Assembly (NCBI GenBank): GCA_049700215.1
Contig: JBNAVT010000032.1
Span: 1 to 20,307, forward strand
Direction: 5' to 3'
Length of the DNA stretch: 20,307 nt
Source: Thermoproteota archaeon
Lineage (GTDB): Archaea; Thermoproteota; EX4484-205; JAAOZP01
The position numbers and the translations under genes are program-made. This document shows positions 1 through 7,800 of this stretch, piece by piece. Below the pieces are notes generated by a model, which saw only the letters and a list, made by a program, of their open reading frames with translations, was not told where the DNA came from and did no database searches. Positions within the stretch are counted from its first letter, which is position 1. Every line of letters begins with the position of its first letter.

Positions 1-653
1 CTGACTCCTTGAAGACCCATGAGCATATGGTGGCTAACCACAACAGGCTTCCAGTATCCCAGCCTGGGCCCAACCTCCCTGGCAAGCATGTTCGCCCTCC
101 TCTGGTCCAGCCCCAGCTGACAAATGTCTGCGCCAAGCATGAAGATATCAGTGACCTGCATCATAGGGTAGAAGTATTGGGCAACGTCTTTCAACTCGCC
201 CTTCTTCCTACCCATTATTGTCAACGCTCTCTCAGCCCTGGAAACCGTGGTAAGCTTAGCAACCTGTATCACGTTCCTCCAGTATTCGCTTGAATCAACA
301 AGGTCGCTCGCCCATACTGTTTCAACACTGCTGAAATCAACCCCCGCTGCCCTCCAAACCTCTAGGAAATATTCGCCGCAAACCCTTATCTTCTCCAGGT
401 CTCCCCCGAGCTTCCTGTTTATCCAGGCAAACCAGTCGGCGAGGTAAAGCTTGAACCTTACTCCAGCCTTAATCAGGGGCTCGAGGAGAATCGGCCTGAA
501 CAATCCGAACGCGATGTGTGCAAGCCCGGAGGGCTCGAAACCGTCATATGCCACTGGATGCTCCTTTGTTTCGAGAAGCGTCCTAAGCTCCTCCAGCGTT
601 ATGATCTCCTCTCCAACGCTTTTGATAAGCTCGAACCTCTCATCTATATCCAA
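1..653 (-). CDS. tyrS: Tyrosyl-tRNA synthetase, N-terminal ~217 codons (runs off the left edge; not in the ORF track)
   Basis: Manual translation from TTG at 653: MDIDERFELIKSVGEEIITLEELRTLLETKEHPVAYDGFEPSGLAHIAFG...LYLADWFAWIN...YFYPMMQVTDIFMLGADICQLGLDQRRANMLARE...VSHHMLMGLQGV. It has the YDGFEPSG plus HIGH-like (HIAF) motif, ADW, YPxMQxxD and GxDQ, all class Ic TyrRS signatures. A TTTAAAAA box lies on the minus strand at 679-686. Confidence 0.95.
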   Translation of the reverse strand, partial: MDIDERFELIKSVGEEIITLEELRTLLETKEHPVAYDGFEPSGLAHIAFGLFRPILLEPLIKAGVRFKLYLADWFAWINRKLGGDLEKIRVCGEYFLEVWRAAGVDFSSVETVWASDLVDSSEYWRNVIQVAKLTTVSRAERALTIMGRKKGELKDVAQYFYPMMQVTDIFMLGADICQLGLDQRRANMLAREVGPRLGYWKPVVVSHHMLMGLQGV

Positions 654-748
654 GCTGAATCCTCGGGTTCACGCTTTCTTTTTAAATATTTTAGCATGCG
701 GTTAGTCCTCTTAAAAGATAAAAACAGGCTTTTCAACCCTTCTTGGAA
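654..748. promoter_or_regulatory. Divergent promoter region shared by tyrS and the YbaK-family gene
   Basis: A 95-bp AT-rich gap with TTTAAAAA on the minus strand 26 nt before the tyrS start and AT-rich boxes at ~710-735 on the plus strand. Confidence 0.55.
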
Positions 749-1213
749 ATGCCCCTGTCGAGCAATGATTTACAGGTCTTCCTTAAAAACCGGAACGTGA
801 AGCATAGGGTACTCTTCCACGGGGAGACCTACTCCGCTGAAAAAGCCAGCAGGGAGCTTGGGATCGGTCTCGAGCGTGTTGCTAAGACTGTCGTGTTCGT
901 CAACGAGAAGAAGGAGCCGCTGATAGTGGTTGTCCCGGGCGGCCGGAGGGTTAACCAGGATAGGCTTGCGAAAATACTCGGCTTCAAAAAGCTCCGGCTG
1001 GCCACCGGGGAGGAGGTTTTAAGCCATACTGGTTATGAGGCTGGGGCTGTTCCCCCTGTTGGCCACTTGAAGCAGCTGCCTGCTGTCGTCGACGAAGCCC
1101 TGTTAAGCATGGAGAAGGTTTACGCGGGTGGAGGAGCTGTCAACGCTACTCTCGAAATATCCCCCGTGGACATTGTGAGACTGCTCAACGCTAGGGTCGT
1201 GAGTGTTCCATAG
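749..1213 (+). CDS. YbaK/EbsC (INS superfamily) aminoacyl-tRNA deacylase
   Basis: Motifs VAKTVVF (conserved Lys), KLRLAT and TGYEAGAVPPVG (GxxxP loop), followed by VDEAL..VYAGGG. ATG 749 is preferred over TTG 743. Confidence 0.9.
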   Translation: MPLSSNDLQVFLKNRNVKHRVLFHGETYSAEKASRELGIGLERVAKTVVFVNEKKEPLIVVVPGGRRVNQDRLAKILGFKKLRLATGEEVLSHTGYEAGAVPPVGHLKQLPAVVDEALLSMEKVYAGGGAVNATLEISPVDIVRLLNARVVSVP

Positions 1214-1330
1214 CGTGCTGAGTGTAGAGGTAGTTTCACTACTGGGAGTGAATAAGGCAGTAATGTCTTGGTTCGGAAACGTCCAGTAGCTTTAAAAGCT
1301 GTTAAGGGAAAGAGGCGGAGGGTGGGGACG

Positions 1331-1927
1331 TTGAACGTGTATGAGGCTGCGGTAAGCCGCAGAACAATACGCAGGTTCGCTCAGAAGCCGATACCCATGC
1401 AGGTTTTGAAGAGGGTTCTTAACGCTGCTAGGCTCGCCCCCTCCGGTGGAAACGTTCAGCCGTGCGAGTATGTTTTGGTGACTGAGAAAAGCCTGCTAGA
1501 CAAGGTTTTTAGAACTCTCGGATGGGCTATGTACATTGCTCCACAAGGCACTCCTAAAGAGGGCGAGAAGCCGGTTGCATATATCGTTGTTCTAGTAAAT
1601 ACAAGGAGGAAGGCTGAGGGCGGAGAGGTTGATTGTGCAGCTGCGATAGAGAACATGATTCTAGTAGCATGGGAGGAGGGGATTGGAGCATGCTGGATGG
1701 CTTCGATAGACCGTGAGAAGCTACGGGAGATCCTCGCGATACCGGACTACTGTAAAGTTTGCTTTGTAGTGGCCCTCGGCTACAAGGCTGAGGAGCCTGT
1801 TGTCGAGGACATGAAGGGTGAAGACGTTAAATACTGGAGGGATGAGAACGGTGTTCTACATGTTCCTAAGCGCAGGCTCGAGGATATTGTTTTCGCCAAC
1901 GCTTACGGGAGCAGGATTAGCTGGTAA
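1331..1927 (+). CDS. Nitroreductase family (FMN-dependent) protein
   Basis: Motifs SRRTIRRF, AARLAPSGGNVQP, AAIENMILVAWEEGIGACW, VALGY and terminal PKRRLEDIV. The start is re-set to TTG 1331, which follows a GGAGGGTGGGG SD-like run and a TTTAAAA box at ~1291. The track start at 1268 overlaps this promoter. Confidence 0.92.
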   Translation: MNVYEAAVSRRTIRRFAQKPIPMQVLKRVLNAARLAPSGGNVQPCEYVLVTEKSLLDKVFRTLGWAMYIAPQGTPKEGEKPVAYIVVLVNTRRKAEGGEVDCAAAIENMILVAWEEGIGACWMASIDREKLREILAIPDYCKVCFVVALGYKAEEPVVEDMKGEDVKYWRDENGVLHVPKRRLEDIVFANAYGSRISW

Positions 1928-2030
1928 GCTAGCGCGCGCTCAGAAACAAGCCTCCTAAGACTTAGAAGCCTCGATCAACAAGGGCTAACCTCGAAAATTA
2001 AATTTATTTGGCAGAGAGTATTTTATTCCC

Positions 2031-2284
2031 CTACTCATAAATAGTCTTTCTGAGACCTACATCCAATAAGATTACTGTTTGAGATGCTAGTTCAACCCTA
2101 TATATGATTCTGTATTTGCCTACTCTCCACCGCCATCTTCCTTCGAGCTCTCCCTGCAATCTTAGACCTGAAAAAGGATTTGCGAGAATTCATCCGCAGC
2201 CCTTAAAACCCTTGTCCTCACGTCTTCAGGAAGCTTCTTAAGCTCTCTCAGAAAACTCTTGGTTAAAGCAGCCTTATAAGGCAA
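2031..2284 (-). pseudogene. relE: RelE/ParE-family toxin, frameshifted (1-nt deletion) or sequencing indel
   Basis: From TTG 2284 the frame reads MPYKAALTKSFLRELKKLPEDVRTRVLRAADE. After a -1 shift at ~2189 it continues LANPFSGLRLQGELEGRWRWRVGKYRIIYRVELASQTVILLDVGLRKTIYE* (TAG 2031-2033). The span is 254 nt (85 codons minus 1 nt). The unshifted frame stops at TAA 2162-2164. RxRVGxYRIIY and VGxRxxIY are RelE hallmarks. Confidence 0.85.
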
Positions 2285-2293
2285 GACGCCTAC

Positions 2294-2497
2294 TCACTCA
2301 ATAAGCTTCTTAATCTCCTCGCTATTCTCCACAATCACGTAATCTCCTCTCCGATACTCATCCTCCGCTTCCCTTATCCTCTCCAAGCCCTCCTTGTCCA
2401 TCAACTCCTCAAGAGTCGCAAGCACCTCTTCGACTTCAGTTAGCCCCTTATAGAGGTTTTTCAACAGCTCTTTAGGAACAGAAACAGATTCCGCCAA
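2294..2497 (-). CDS. Putative antitoxin (RelB/Phd-like C-terminus) cognate to the downstream RelE
   Basis: A 67-aa acidic protein directly upstream of relE (9-nt gap). ATLEELMDKEGLERIREAEDEYRRG resembles the ETLEILSD..L..I..A..D...G toxin-binding tail of RelB/Phd antitoxins. Confidence 0.78.
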   Translation of the reverse strand: MAESVSVPKELLKNLYKGLTEVEEVLATLEELMDKEGLERIREAEDEYRRGDYVIVENSEEIKKLIE

Positions 2498-2607
2498 GCC
2501 TCATCACTATGATTTTCTCATCCCGCCCCTTAATTAACTTTTAATAAAGGCCTCTTCAGGGCCACTATCACTATATCATTAACAGAAATTAGAAATAGAC
2601 AACTTCA

Positions 2608-2684
2608 AGCGTGCGCATCTATATCCCTCTTTAACTTGGCGAGGAGCTCCTCGCTAACTTTAGCCGGAATCTTAAGCGCGCGTT
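2608..2684. repeat. Perfect 16-bp palindrome (GCGAGGAGCTCCTCGC, 2639-2654) flanked symmetrically by pairable GC-alternating arms
   Basis: The palindrome is directly visible and extends to 2636-2657 with one G-T pair. The outer arms AGCGTGCGC (2608-2616) and GCGCGCGTT (2676-2684) pair with two G-U wobbles around essentially the same centre. Confidence 0.6.
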
Positions 2685-2772
2685 ACACGCCTAGAATAGT
2701 CTACTCCTCTGCCTATGTCTTCCGAGACGAATTTTGCCATTAAAGAGTTTATTCCGTTCCACAACTGTCCGG

Positions 2773-2983
2773 ACTAGCCAACATAGGAGCATAGCCGAGT
2801 TCGTGGCGGAGCTAGATATGGAGCATCTAGACCTGAGGCATAGAGAGGCTTTCCGCCACGCAGAGAGCCTTCACGTAAACTTCTACGAGGACCACTTGCC
2901 GGAGGACTATGTCATTGAGCAAGCAGGTAGTCTCGAGGGCTATAGAGCAACTAGCGCGCGCTATCAGACGAACATGGAGTTGA
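2773..2983 (+). pseudogene. PaREP1 (HEPN-like) family remnant: N-terminus missing, probable frameshift near 2920
   Basis: SQHRSIAEFVAELDMEHLDLRHREAFRHAESLHVNFYEDHLPEDYV matches the PaREP1 C-terminal pattern (SH..L..FV..L...F..A..LH.NFYE..L). An amphipathic tail KQVVSRAIEQLARAIRRTWS* continues in the +1 frame from 2921 to TGA 2981-2983. I see no GD..QASEK N-terminal half upstream. Confidence 0.65.
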
Positions 2984-3050
2984 GGTTGAATTGGGGATTG
3001 ATGAGATCGATTGCGATTCCGGTATAATATCGGAGTTCAATGGAAGCAAT

Positions 3051-3335
3051 ATGAGCGAGGAGGAGAAGCTTGAAGAGATCAAGAAGAGGGTTGAAGCAGT
3101 CATAGCTGCATATAGGCTGGCGGAGCAAGCCTATGAGATTCATCGTAAGGGAGAGTCGAACGAATATCTAGAATTCCGTAAAAAAAATCTTAGAGAAGTA
3201 TGGGATCAAGAAGGCGAGGATGGTTTGATTCTTAGTGCAGAGCTATGCTCTAATAATGCTTTATGGATGATAAAGCTTATATTGCTGGAGAAACAGGTAC
3301 TAAGTAGTGTAGCGCATATCTTTCGTGATGAATGA
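3051..3335 (+). CDS. Hypothetical protein or gene remnant (94 aa from ATG 3051)
   Basis: The N-terminal half MSEEEKLEEIKKRVEAVIAAYRLAEQAYEIHRKG is charged and helical, and a TATAAT box lies ~22 nt upstream. The C-terminal part runs through the probable PMM promoter, so it may be non-coding read-through. No recognised family. Confidence 0.35.
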   Translation: MSEEEKLEEIKKRVEAVIAAYRLAEQAYEIHRKGESNEYLEFRKKNLREVWDQEGEDGLILSAELCSNNALWMIKLILLEKQVLSSVAHIFRDE

Positions 3336-4702
3336 TGAGGGATGATGTATTCAGAGCGTATGACATAAGGGGAATCTACGGGAGCAGCCTTTTTGAGGAA
3401 GATGCTAGACTCGTAGGATTGGCTTTCGCCTCCTACCTCGGCGGCGAGGGTAAAAGAATCGCTGTAGGATGGGATGTGAGGAGGAGCAGCAGTAGCTTAG
3501 CGTCAGCCCTGATGGACGGTGTTACCTCAGCCGGTGTCAATGTTCTGAACTTAGGGCTCATACCGACTCCGATAGTCTATTTTGCCATTACACACTGGAA
3601 CCTCGACGGCGGCATCGTAGTTACTGCAAGCCATAATCCGCGTGAGTGGAATGGCTTCAAGCTCTGCAGGGAGAACGCCATGCTCTGCGGCTGGGGAATG
3701 GGTTTAGAAGAGGTTAAGAGAATAATCGACTCAAAGGCTTTCCATCTTTCCCCCTATAAAGGCACGATTGAGGAGGTTAGGGAAAGGATTCTGAATGAGT
3801 ATGAGGATTACCTGCTTAATAGTTTCAAAGGTAGGATCGGTAGGCTGAGGATTCTAATAGACCCTGGAAACGGGTCCTGCTCAATGCTGGGTAGAAAGAT
3901 TCTTCAGAAGACAGGCTTGAAGGTTGACTCAATAAACGATTATCCTGACGGTGACTTCCCGTCCAGGTCGCCTGAGCCGACTGAAAAGTCTCTAAGCGTC
4001 CTAAGGAAGAAGGTTCGGGATGGGGGATATGATTTGGGGGTTGGCTACGACGGTGACGGCGACAGGGCTCTTTTCGTAGACGATGAGGGAAACGTTATCC
4101 GGGGGGATGTGGTCCTAGCGCTTTTCGTGAAACACTTCCTCAGGGGTAAGCCGGGTGAGAAGATAGTTTACGAGGTCAGCTGCTCCAAGATTGTGGAGGA
4201 GGTCTCCAGGGAGAACGGTGTGATACCGGTTATGACCAGGGTGGGGCATGCTTTCGTCCTGGATAGAATGGTGTCGGAGAAAGCGTTCTTCGGCGGCGAG
4301 ATATCCAGCCACCTGTACTTCGGGGAGATATACGGCTTGGACGACGCTATTTTCGCAACGCTTAAGGTCGCCCAGCTTCTCACCTCAACAGGCAGGAGTC
4401 TTTCACAGCTTGTGGCTGAACTACCCAGATACGAGCTTCTCCGGAGGGATTACGAGGTTCCTGACGATGTGAAGTTCAGGGTGGTCAAGGACCTGGTTTA
4501 CATGTTTGAAAAAGAGGGTTGTAAAACCATAACTCTAGACGGGGTTAGGGTTGAGCTTGAGGAAGGCTGGTTCATCCTGAGGGCTTCAAACACTCTTCCA
4601 CAGGTCAGGCTTATTGCTGAGGCGAGGAGCAAACAGGCTCTTGAGGAAATAGTCTCGTACGCGGAGGCAAGGTTGAGGGAGACGCTTTCAAAATACGGTT
4701 GA
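3332..4702 (+). CDS. Phosphomannomutase/phosphoglucomutase (alpha-D-phosphohexomutase)
   Basis: FRAYDIRG N-terminus, TASHNP catalytic Ser loop, DGDGDR metal loop, GEISSH sugar loop and RASNT phosphate loop; 456 aa. Confidence 0.96.
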   Translation: MMRDDVFRAYDIRGIYGSSLFEEDARLVGLAFASYLGGEGKRIAVGWDVRRSSSSLASALMDGVTSAGVNVLNLGLIPTPIVYFAITHWNLDGGIVVTASHNPREWNGFKLCRENAMLCGWGMGLEEVKRIIDSKAFHLSPYKGTIEEVRERILNEYEDYLLNSFKGRIGRLRILIDPGNGSCSMLGRKILQKTGLKVDSINDYPDGDFPSRSPEPTEKSLSVLRKKVRDGGYDLGVGYDGDGDRALFVDDEGNVIRGDVVLALFVKHFLRGKPGEKIVYEVSCSKIVEEVSRENGVIPVMTRVGHAFVLDRMVSEKAFFGGEISSHLYFGEIYGLDDAIFATLKVAQLLTSTGRSLSQLVAELPRYELLRRDYEVPDDVKFRVVKDLVYMFEKEGCKTITLDGVRVELEEGWFILRASNTLPQVRLIAEARSKQALEEIVSYAEARLRETLSKYG

Positions 4703-4760
4703 GAAAGTTCGTTAAAAACTTTTATCATCAAACGCGTATGATTGTTAGAGAAAGACTGGT

Positions 4761-5621
4761 TTGAAGCTCATAACTCCCTTCGACCCGTGGCGTGGCAAGC
4801 TGTGCACATGTCCCCCCAAGTATAGTTTCTCACCCTATCGGGGATGCGGACACAGGTGCGCTTACTGTTATATTACATCCTATATTCCCGGGGCGTTTAA
4901 ACCTAGGGTTAAGGAGTTCACTCTTCCGCAGCTTGAGAATGAGTTGAAGAAGCTTGACAGGAGTAAGCCGGTATCGATCGCTAACAGCTCAGACCCATAT
5001 ACCCCTGGGGAGGCTCAAAACCTTCTCATGAGGGAGGCTCTTCCAGTCTTCGTCAGGAACGGGTTTAAACTGCTAATAGTTACTAAATCAAACCTGGTGG
5101 CTAGGGATATTGACATACTTTCGAGGGGAAGGGTTTGCGTAAGCGTAACTGTCACGACGCTGAACGAGCGTGTTGCAAAGAGGCTTGAGCCCTTCGCCCC
5201 GCATCCTGTTAGCAGGCTTAGGGCACTTGAAGCCTTAAGCAGGGCAGGAATACCGACGATGATTAGGCTTGACCCCATTATTCCCGGGGTTAACGATGAT
5301 TCGAATACTATCAGCGCAATTCTTAAAGCGGCATCTGAGGCAGGTGTCAGGCAGGTCACAACCTCAACCTATAAGGCTAAGCCTGATAATTTCAAAAGGG
5401 TCTTAACAGTATTTCCAGAGTTGGAGGAAGACCTTAAGAATGTTTACTCGCGCGGTGAGCGCGTAGGCAGGTCAACCTACCTGGATAAGAGGCTGAGGAG
5501 AGAGCTTGTTTTAAAAGTAAGGGAGGCTGCTGAAGAGCTCTCCATGGGTTTCGCATCCTGCAGAGAGGGTTTTCCAGAGCTGCATACCGCAGAGACATGC
5601 GACGGCTCGCACATGCTTTGA
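4761..5621 (+). CDS. Radical SAM protein, spore-photoproduct-lyase-like (SplB/COG1533-type) archaeal family
   Basis: PYRGCGHRCAYCY (CxxxCxxC), SSDPY, IVTKS and RLDPIIPG are typical of SPL-like enzymes. A BRE-TATA-like AAAACTTTTAT lies at ~4715-4725. Confidence 0.88.
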   Translation: MKLITPFDPWRGKLCTCPPKYSFSPYRGCGHRCAYCYITSYIPGAFKPRVKEFTLPQLENELKKLDRSKPVSIANSSDPYTPGEAQNLLMREALPVFVRNGFKLLIVTKSNLVARDIDILSRGRVCVSVTVTTLNERVAKRLEPFAPHPVSRLRALEALSRAGIPTMIRLDPIIPGVNDDSNTISAILKAASEAGVRQVTTSTYKAKPDNFKRVLTVFPELEEDLKNVYSRGERVGRSTYLDKRLRRELVLKVREAAEELSMGFASCREGFPELHTAETCDGSHML

Positions 5622-5754
5622 GCGCACGCTAGGCGGGATGGTTTATCAAGAAGTAGGGCCTCAATGGCCGTTCTATCCCGGTGTCTTCTCTAGTTACCTA
5701 TGTGCTACTCTCGCGCTTAAGGGAATCAAAGCCAACATAAGCGTGTGCTAAGGA

Positions 5755-6771
5755 TCATAGGAAAATAGCGTTTGTCCATGCTTTTCTACCGTTCGAATCA
5801 GTGACTTCAAGCCGCACATAGTTCTTAAAGTTGAACCCTTCCAGCGAGATGCTGCTTAAGCCGTTTTTAGACACCTTGAACACTGCTTTCCTACCGTGGA
5901 TCTCCGCTGAAACCTCTTCTCCATCCCCGTTCCCCTCTATTCTAGCGATCCTGATTTTCGGAATCTCCACCCCTTTCCTCGCAGCATTGTAAACATCCGT
6001 CGAGATGCTGAAGCCGGCTCCATTCTCAGACACCACGTCCACCCTTCTCGCAGGCGAGAACCAGGCTTCAAGCCTGTCGGCAACGCGTGAAAACCACTCT
6101 ATGGTTGGGCCTGTTGAAGCGTAGAAAAGTCCTTTCCTCATGGATTTCACAAGCTCGCTTAGGCTTCTCTCCCTAGCCTTAACGGAGATCCATCCTCCCG
6201 GAGCGTCTAGATTATTATACCAGTGGGCGTCGTCGACCGCGAACCCGTAAACACTCATCCTTCTCGTCAACAGGTTGTCCCAGTGAACCGTTGAGAAGCC
6301 TTTCGCAACCTCAACGTCACACCCAGTGTTGTATATCTCTATGCCCAGGTAACTGGTTACGCTAAGCAGGTCCTGCGTTGTGAGCTTCGACCAGTAGGGG
6401 TGGGCGATCACGGCGAAACCATTCTCATCCAGATAATTCAGCAGGGTTTGAACAGAGTCTTTCGCATGCTTCTGCAGAGCCTCCTCGTCCTCAACGTTAA
6501 CCGCTACAATATGGTAGTCTCCCTCCAGGAGGCTTCTCCCTGAAACAAGTTCAACACCCGGTATTAAAAGCAGCTTATCCGAGGAGGCTTTCGTCAGCTT
6601 CCCGTGGTCCGTCAAAGCGAGGAAATCATAGCCGTAGCTAGAGTAGTAGTCCACTACTTTCTCTGGAGACAGTAATCCGTCGGAGTTCGTAGTGTGAGCG
6701 TGAAGATTACCCTTCATCCAGAAGCCTGGTGATTCGAACGGGTTCCCGCCTGTTCCGCCCAATGGACACAC
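5755..6771 (-). CDS. PHP-domain metallohydrolase (CehA/McbA-like)
   Basis: PHP metal-ligand motifs KGNLHAHTTNSDG, LALTDH, IPGVE, IAHPYW, IEIYN and VDDAH, with a C-terminal YVRLEV..AWTNAIF beta domain. Confidence 0.88.
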   Translation of the reverse strand: MCPLGGTGGNPFESPGFWMKGNLHAHTTNSDGLLSPEKVVDYYSSYGYDFLALTDHGKLTKASSDKLLLIPGVELVSGRSLLEGDYHIVAVNVEDEEALQKHAKDSVQTLLNYLDENGFAVIAHPYWSKLTTQDLLSVTSYLGIEIYNTGCDVEVAKGFSTVHWDNLLTRRMSVYGFAVDDAHWYNNLDAPGGWISVKARERSLSELVKSMRKGLFYASTGPTIEWFSRVADRLEAWFSPARRVDVVSENGAGFSISTDVYNAARKGVEIPKIRIARIEGNGDGEEVSAEIHGRKAVFKVSKNGLSSISLEGFNFKNYVRLEVTDSNGRKAWTNAIFL

Positions 6772-6877
6772 CTTAGCCGAGGTTGACCAGGCTCCGATTT
6801 AAAGTCTTTCGCATGAGTTTTACCGGCCTAAGAGATTTTGCCCCGGTTCCTCGGCATCTTTTTCGGTGAATGCTATG

Positions 6878-7720
6878 CTACTCGGGCCTCAATATCTTGA
6901 GAATATTCTCCCGCGTTATTTTCTTAAAAGCCTCCTCGTCGAGACTATAGCTTTCCAGCAGGGAGATGTGGGACTTGTCCGGGCCGAACTGCAGGCCCTC
7001 CGGGTTTATGCAGGGGAAGTCAGTCCCGTAGATTATCTTCCCGCTCAGCTCGTTTAAAAACCGTCTGCCGAAATCCCTGTCCCTCGAGATCGCGTTCAAC
7101 CCTGAGAAGGCAGAGATGTCGGCGTAAACATTCCTATGCTCCTTAAGGATTCTAACGGCTTCACCCGGCTCGCCTACTCTCCCCTTCGGATATACTTCAC
7201 CCGTCTGCTCGCTGCTTACTTGAGCCCACCAGCCTGGGCCGTGGACTATGAAAACAGTCTCCTCAAGCCTTGAAACAACATCCTTAAAGCCTTCGAAACC
7301 AGGGTTGAACCTGCTGTCGATATGTATCAGCACGGGAAGCCCGTGTTCACCGCAGATTCTGAAAAGACTGATGTTCCGCTCGTCGTCAATCCTGGTTTCA
7401 ACCTTATGCTCGCCGAACCCTCTGCAGCCACTCCTAACCGCATCCCTTATTTTCCCCTCTAGACCACTTTCCTCAGGGTCGAAGGCGCAGAAAGGAATTA
7501 TCTTCTCCGGGTGCTGGGAGTAGGCTTTAAGCACGCCGTCTGTTTTAACAATGTCCTCCCCAATGTCTAGGTAGCTTCTCGCCACCGGGAGAAGGACTAC
7601 TTTCTCCAGGTTCTCGCTCTCAACGTATTCCAGCAAGTCGGGTAAACCGGTTTCAACAGTCCCTATCAGCTTTCTACTCCAGGATTTAACCCTGCCAATA
7701 TGAGTGTGGGCATCTATCAA
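6878..7720 (-). CDS. Amidohydrolase superfamily protein (Amidohydro_2 type)
   Basis: IDAHTH (HxH), GFGEHK, PVLIH, IVHGP, VYADIS and IYGTDFP; 280-aa TIM barrel pattern. Confidence 0.9.
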   Translation of the reverse strand: MIDAHTHIGRVKSWSRKLIGTVETGLPDLLEYVESENLEKVVLLPVARSYLDIGEDIVKTDGVLKAYSQHPEKIIPFCAFDPEESGLEGKIRDAVRSGCRGFGEHKVETRIDDERNISLFRICGEHGLPVLIHIDSRFNPGFEGFKDVVSRLEETVFIVHGPGWWAQVSSEQTGEVYPKGRVGEPGEAVRILKEHRNVYADISAFSGLNAISRDRDFGRRFLNELSGKIIYGTDFPCINPEGLQFGPDKSHISLLESYSLDEEAFKKITRENILKILRPE

Positions 7721-7800
7721 CCCGGCTCAAAGCGTTTCCAAACCTTTTTAAACATTCTTCAGACTCTTTCGCGGCGGTTTTGAAACATCTTTTTAACCCT

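Noticed and set aside
9-800. Plus-strand ORFs 9..293, 247..447, 451..705 and 516..800
   Set aside because: Antisense shadows of the tyrS frame, which the track missed because it has no stop inside the window.
1929-2962. 12-bp direct repeat CTAGCGCGCGCT as a target-site duplication bounding an island
   Set aside because: The second copy falls inside the inferred PaREP1 tail (LARA codons), foreign-looking sequence continues beyond it, and similar motifs occur elsewhere. Kept only as part of the dispersed-motif finding.
2734-3027. 97-aa ORF as an intact gene
   Set aside because: Only the middle resembles PaREP1. The N-terminal half is missing and the better-looking C-terminus is in another frame.
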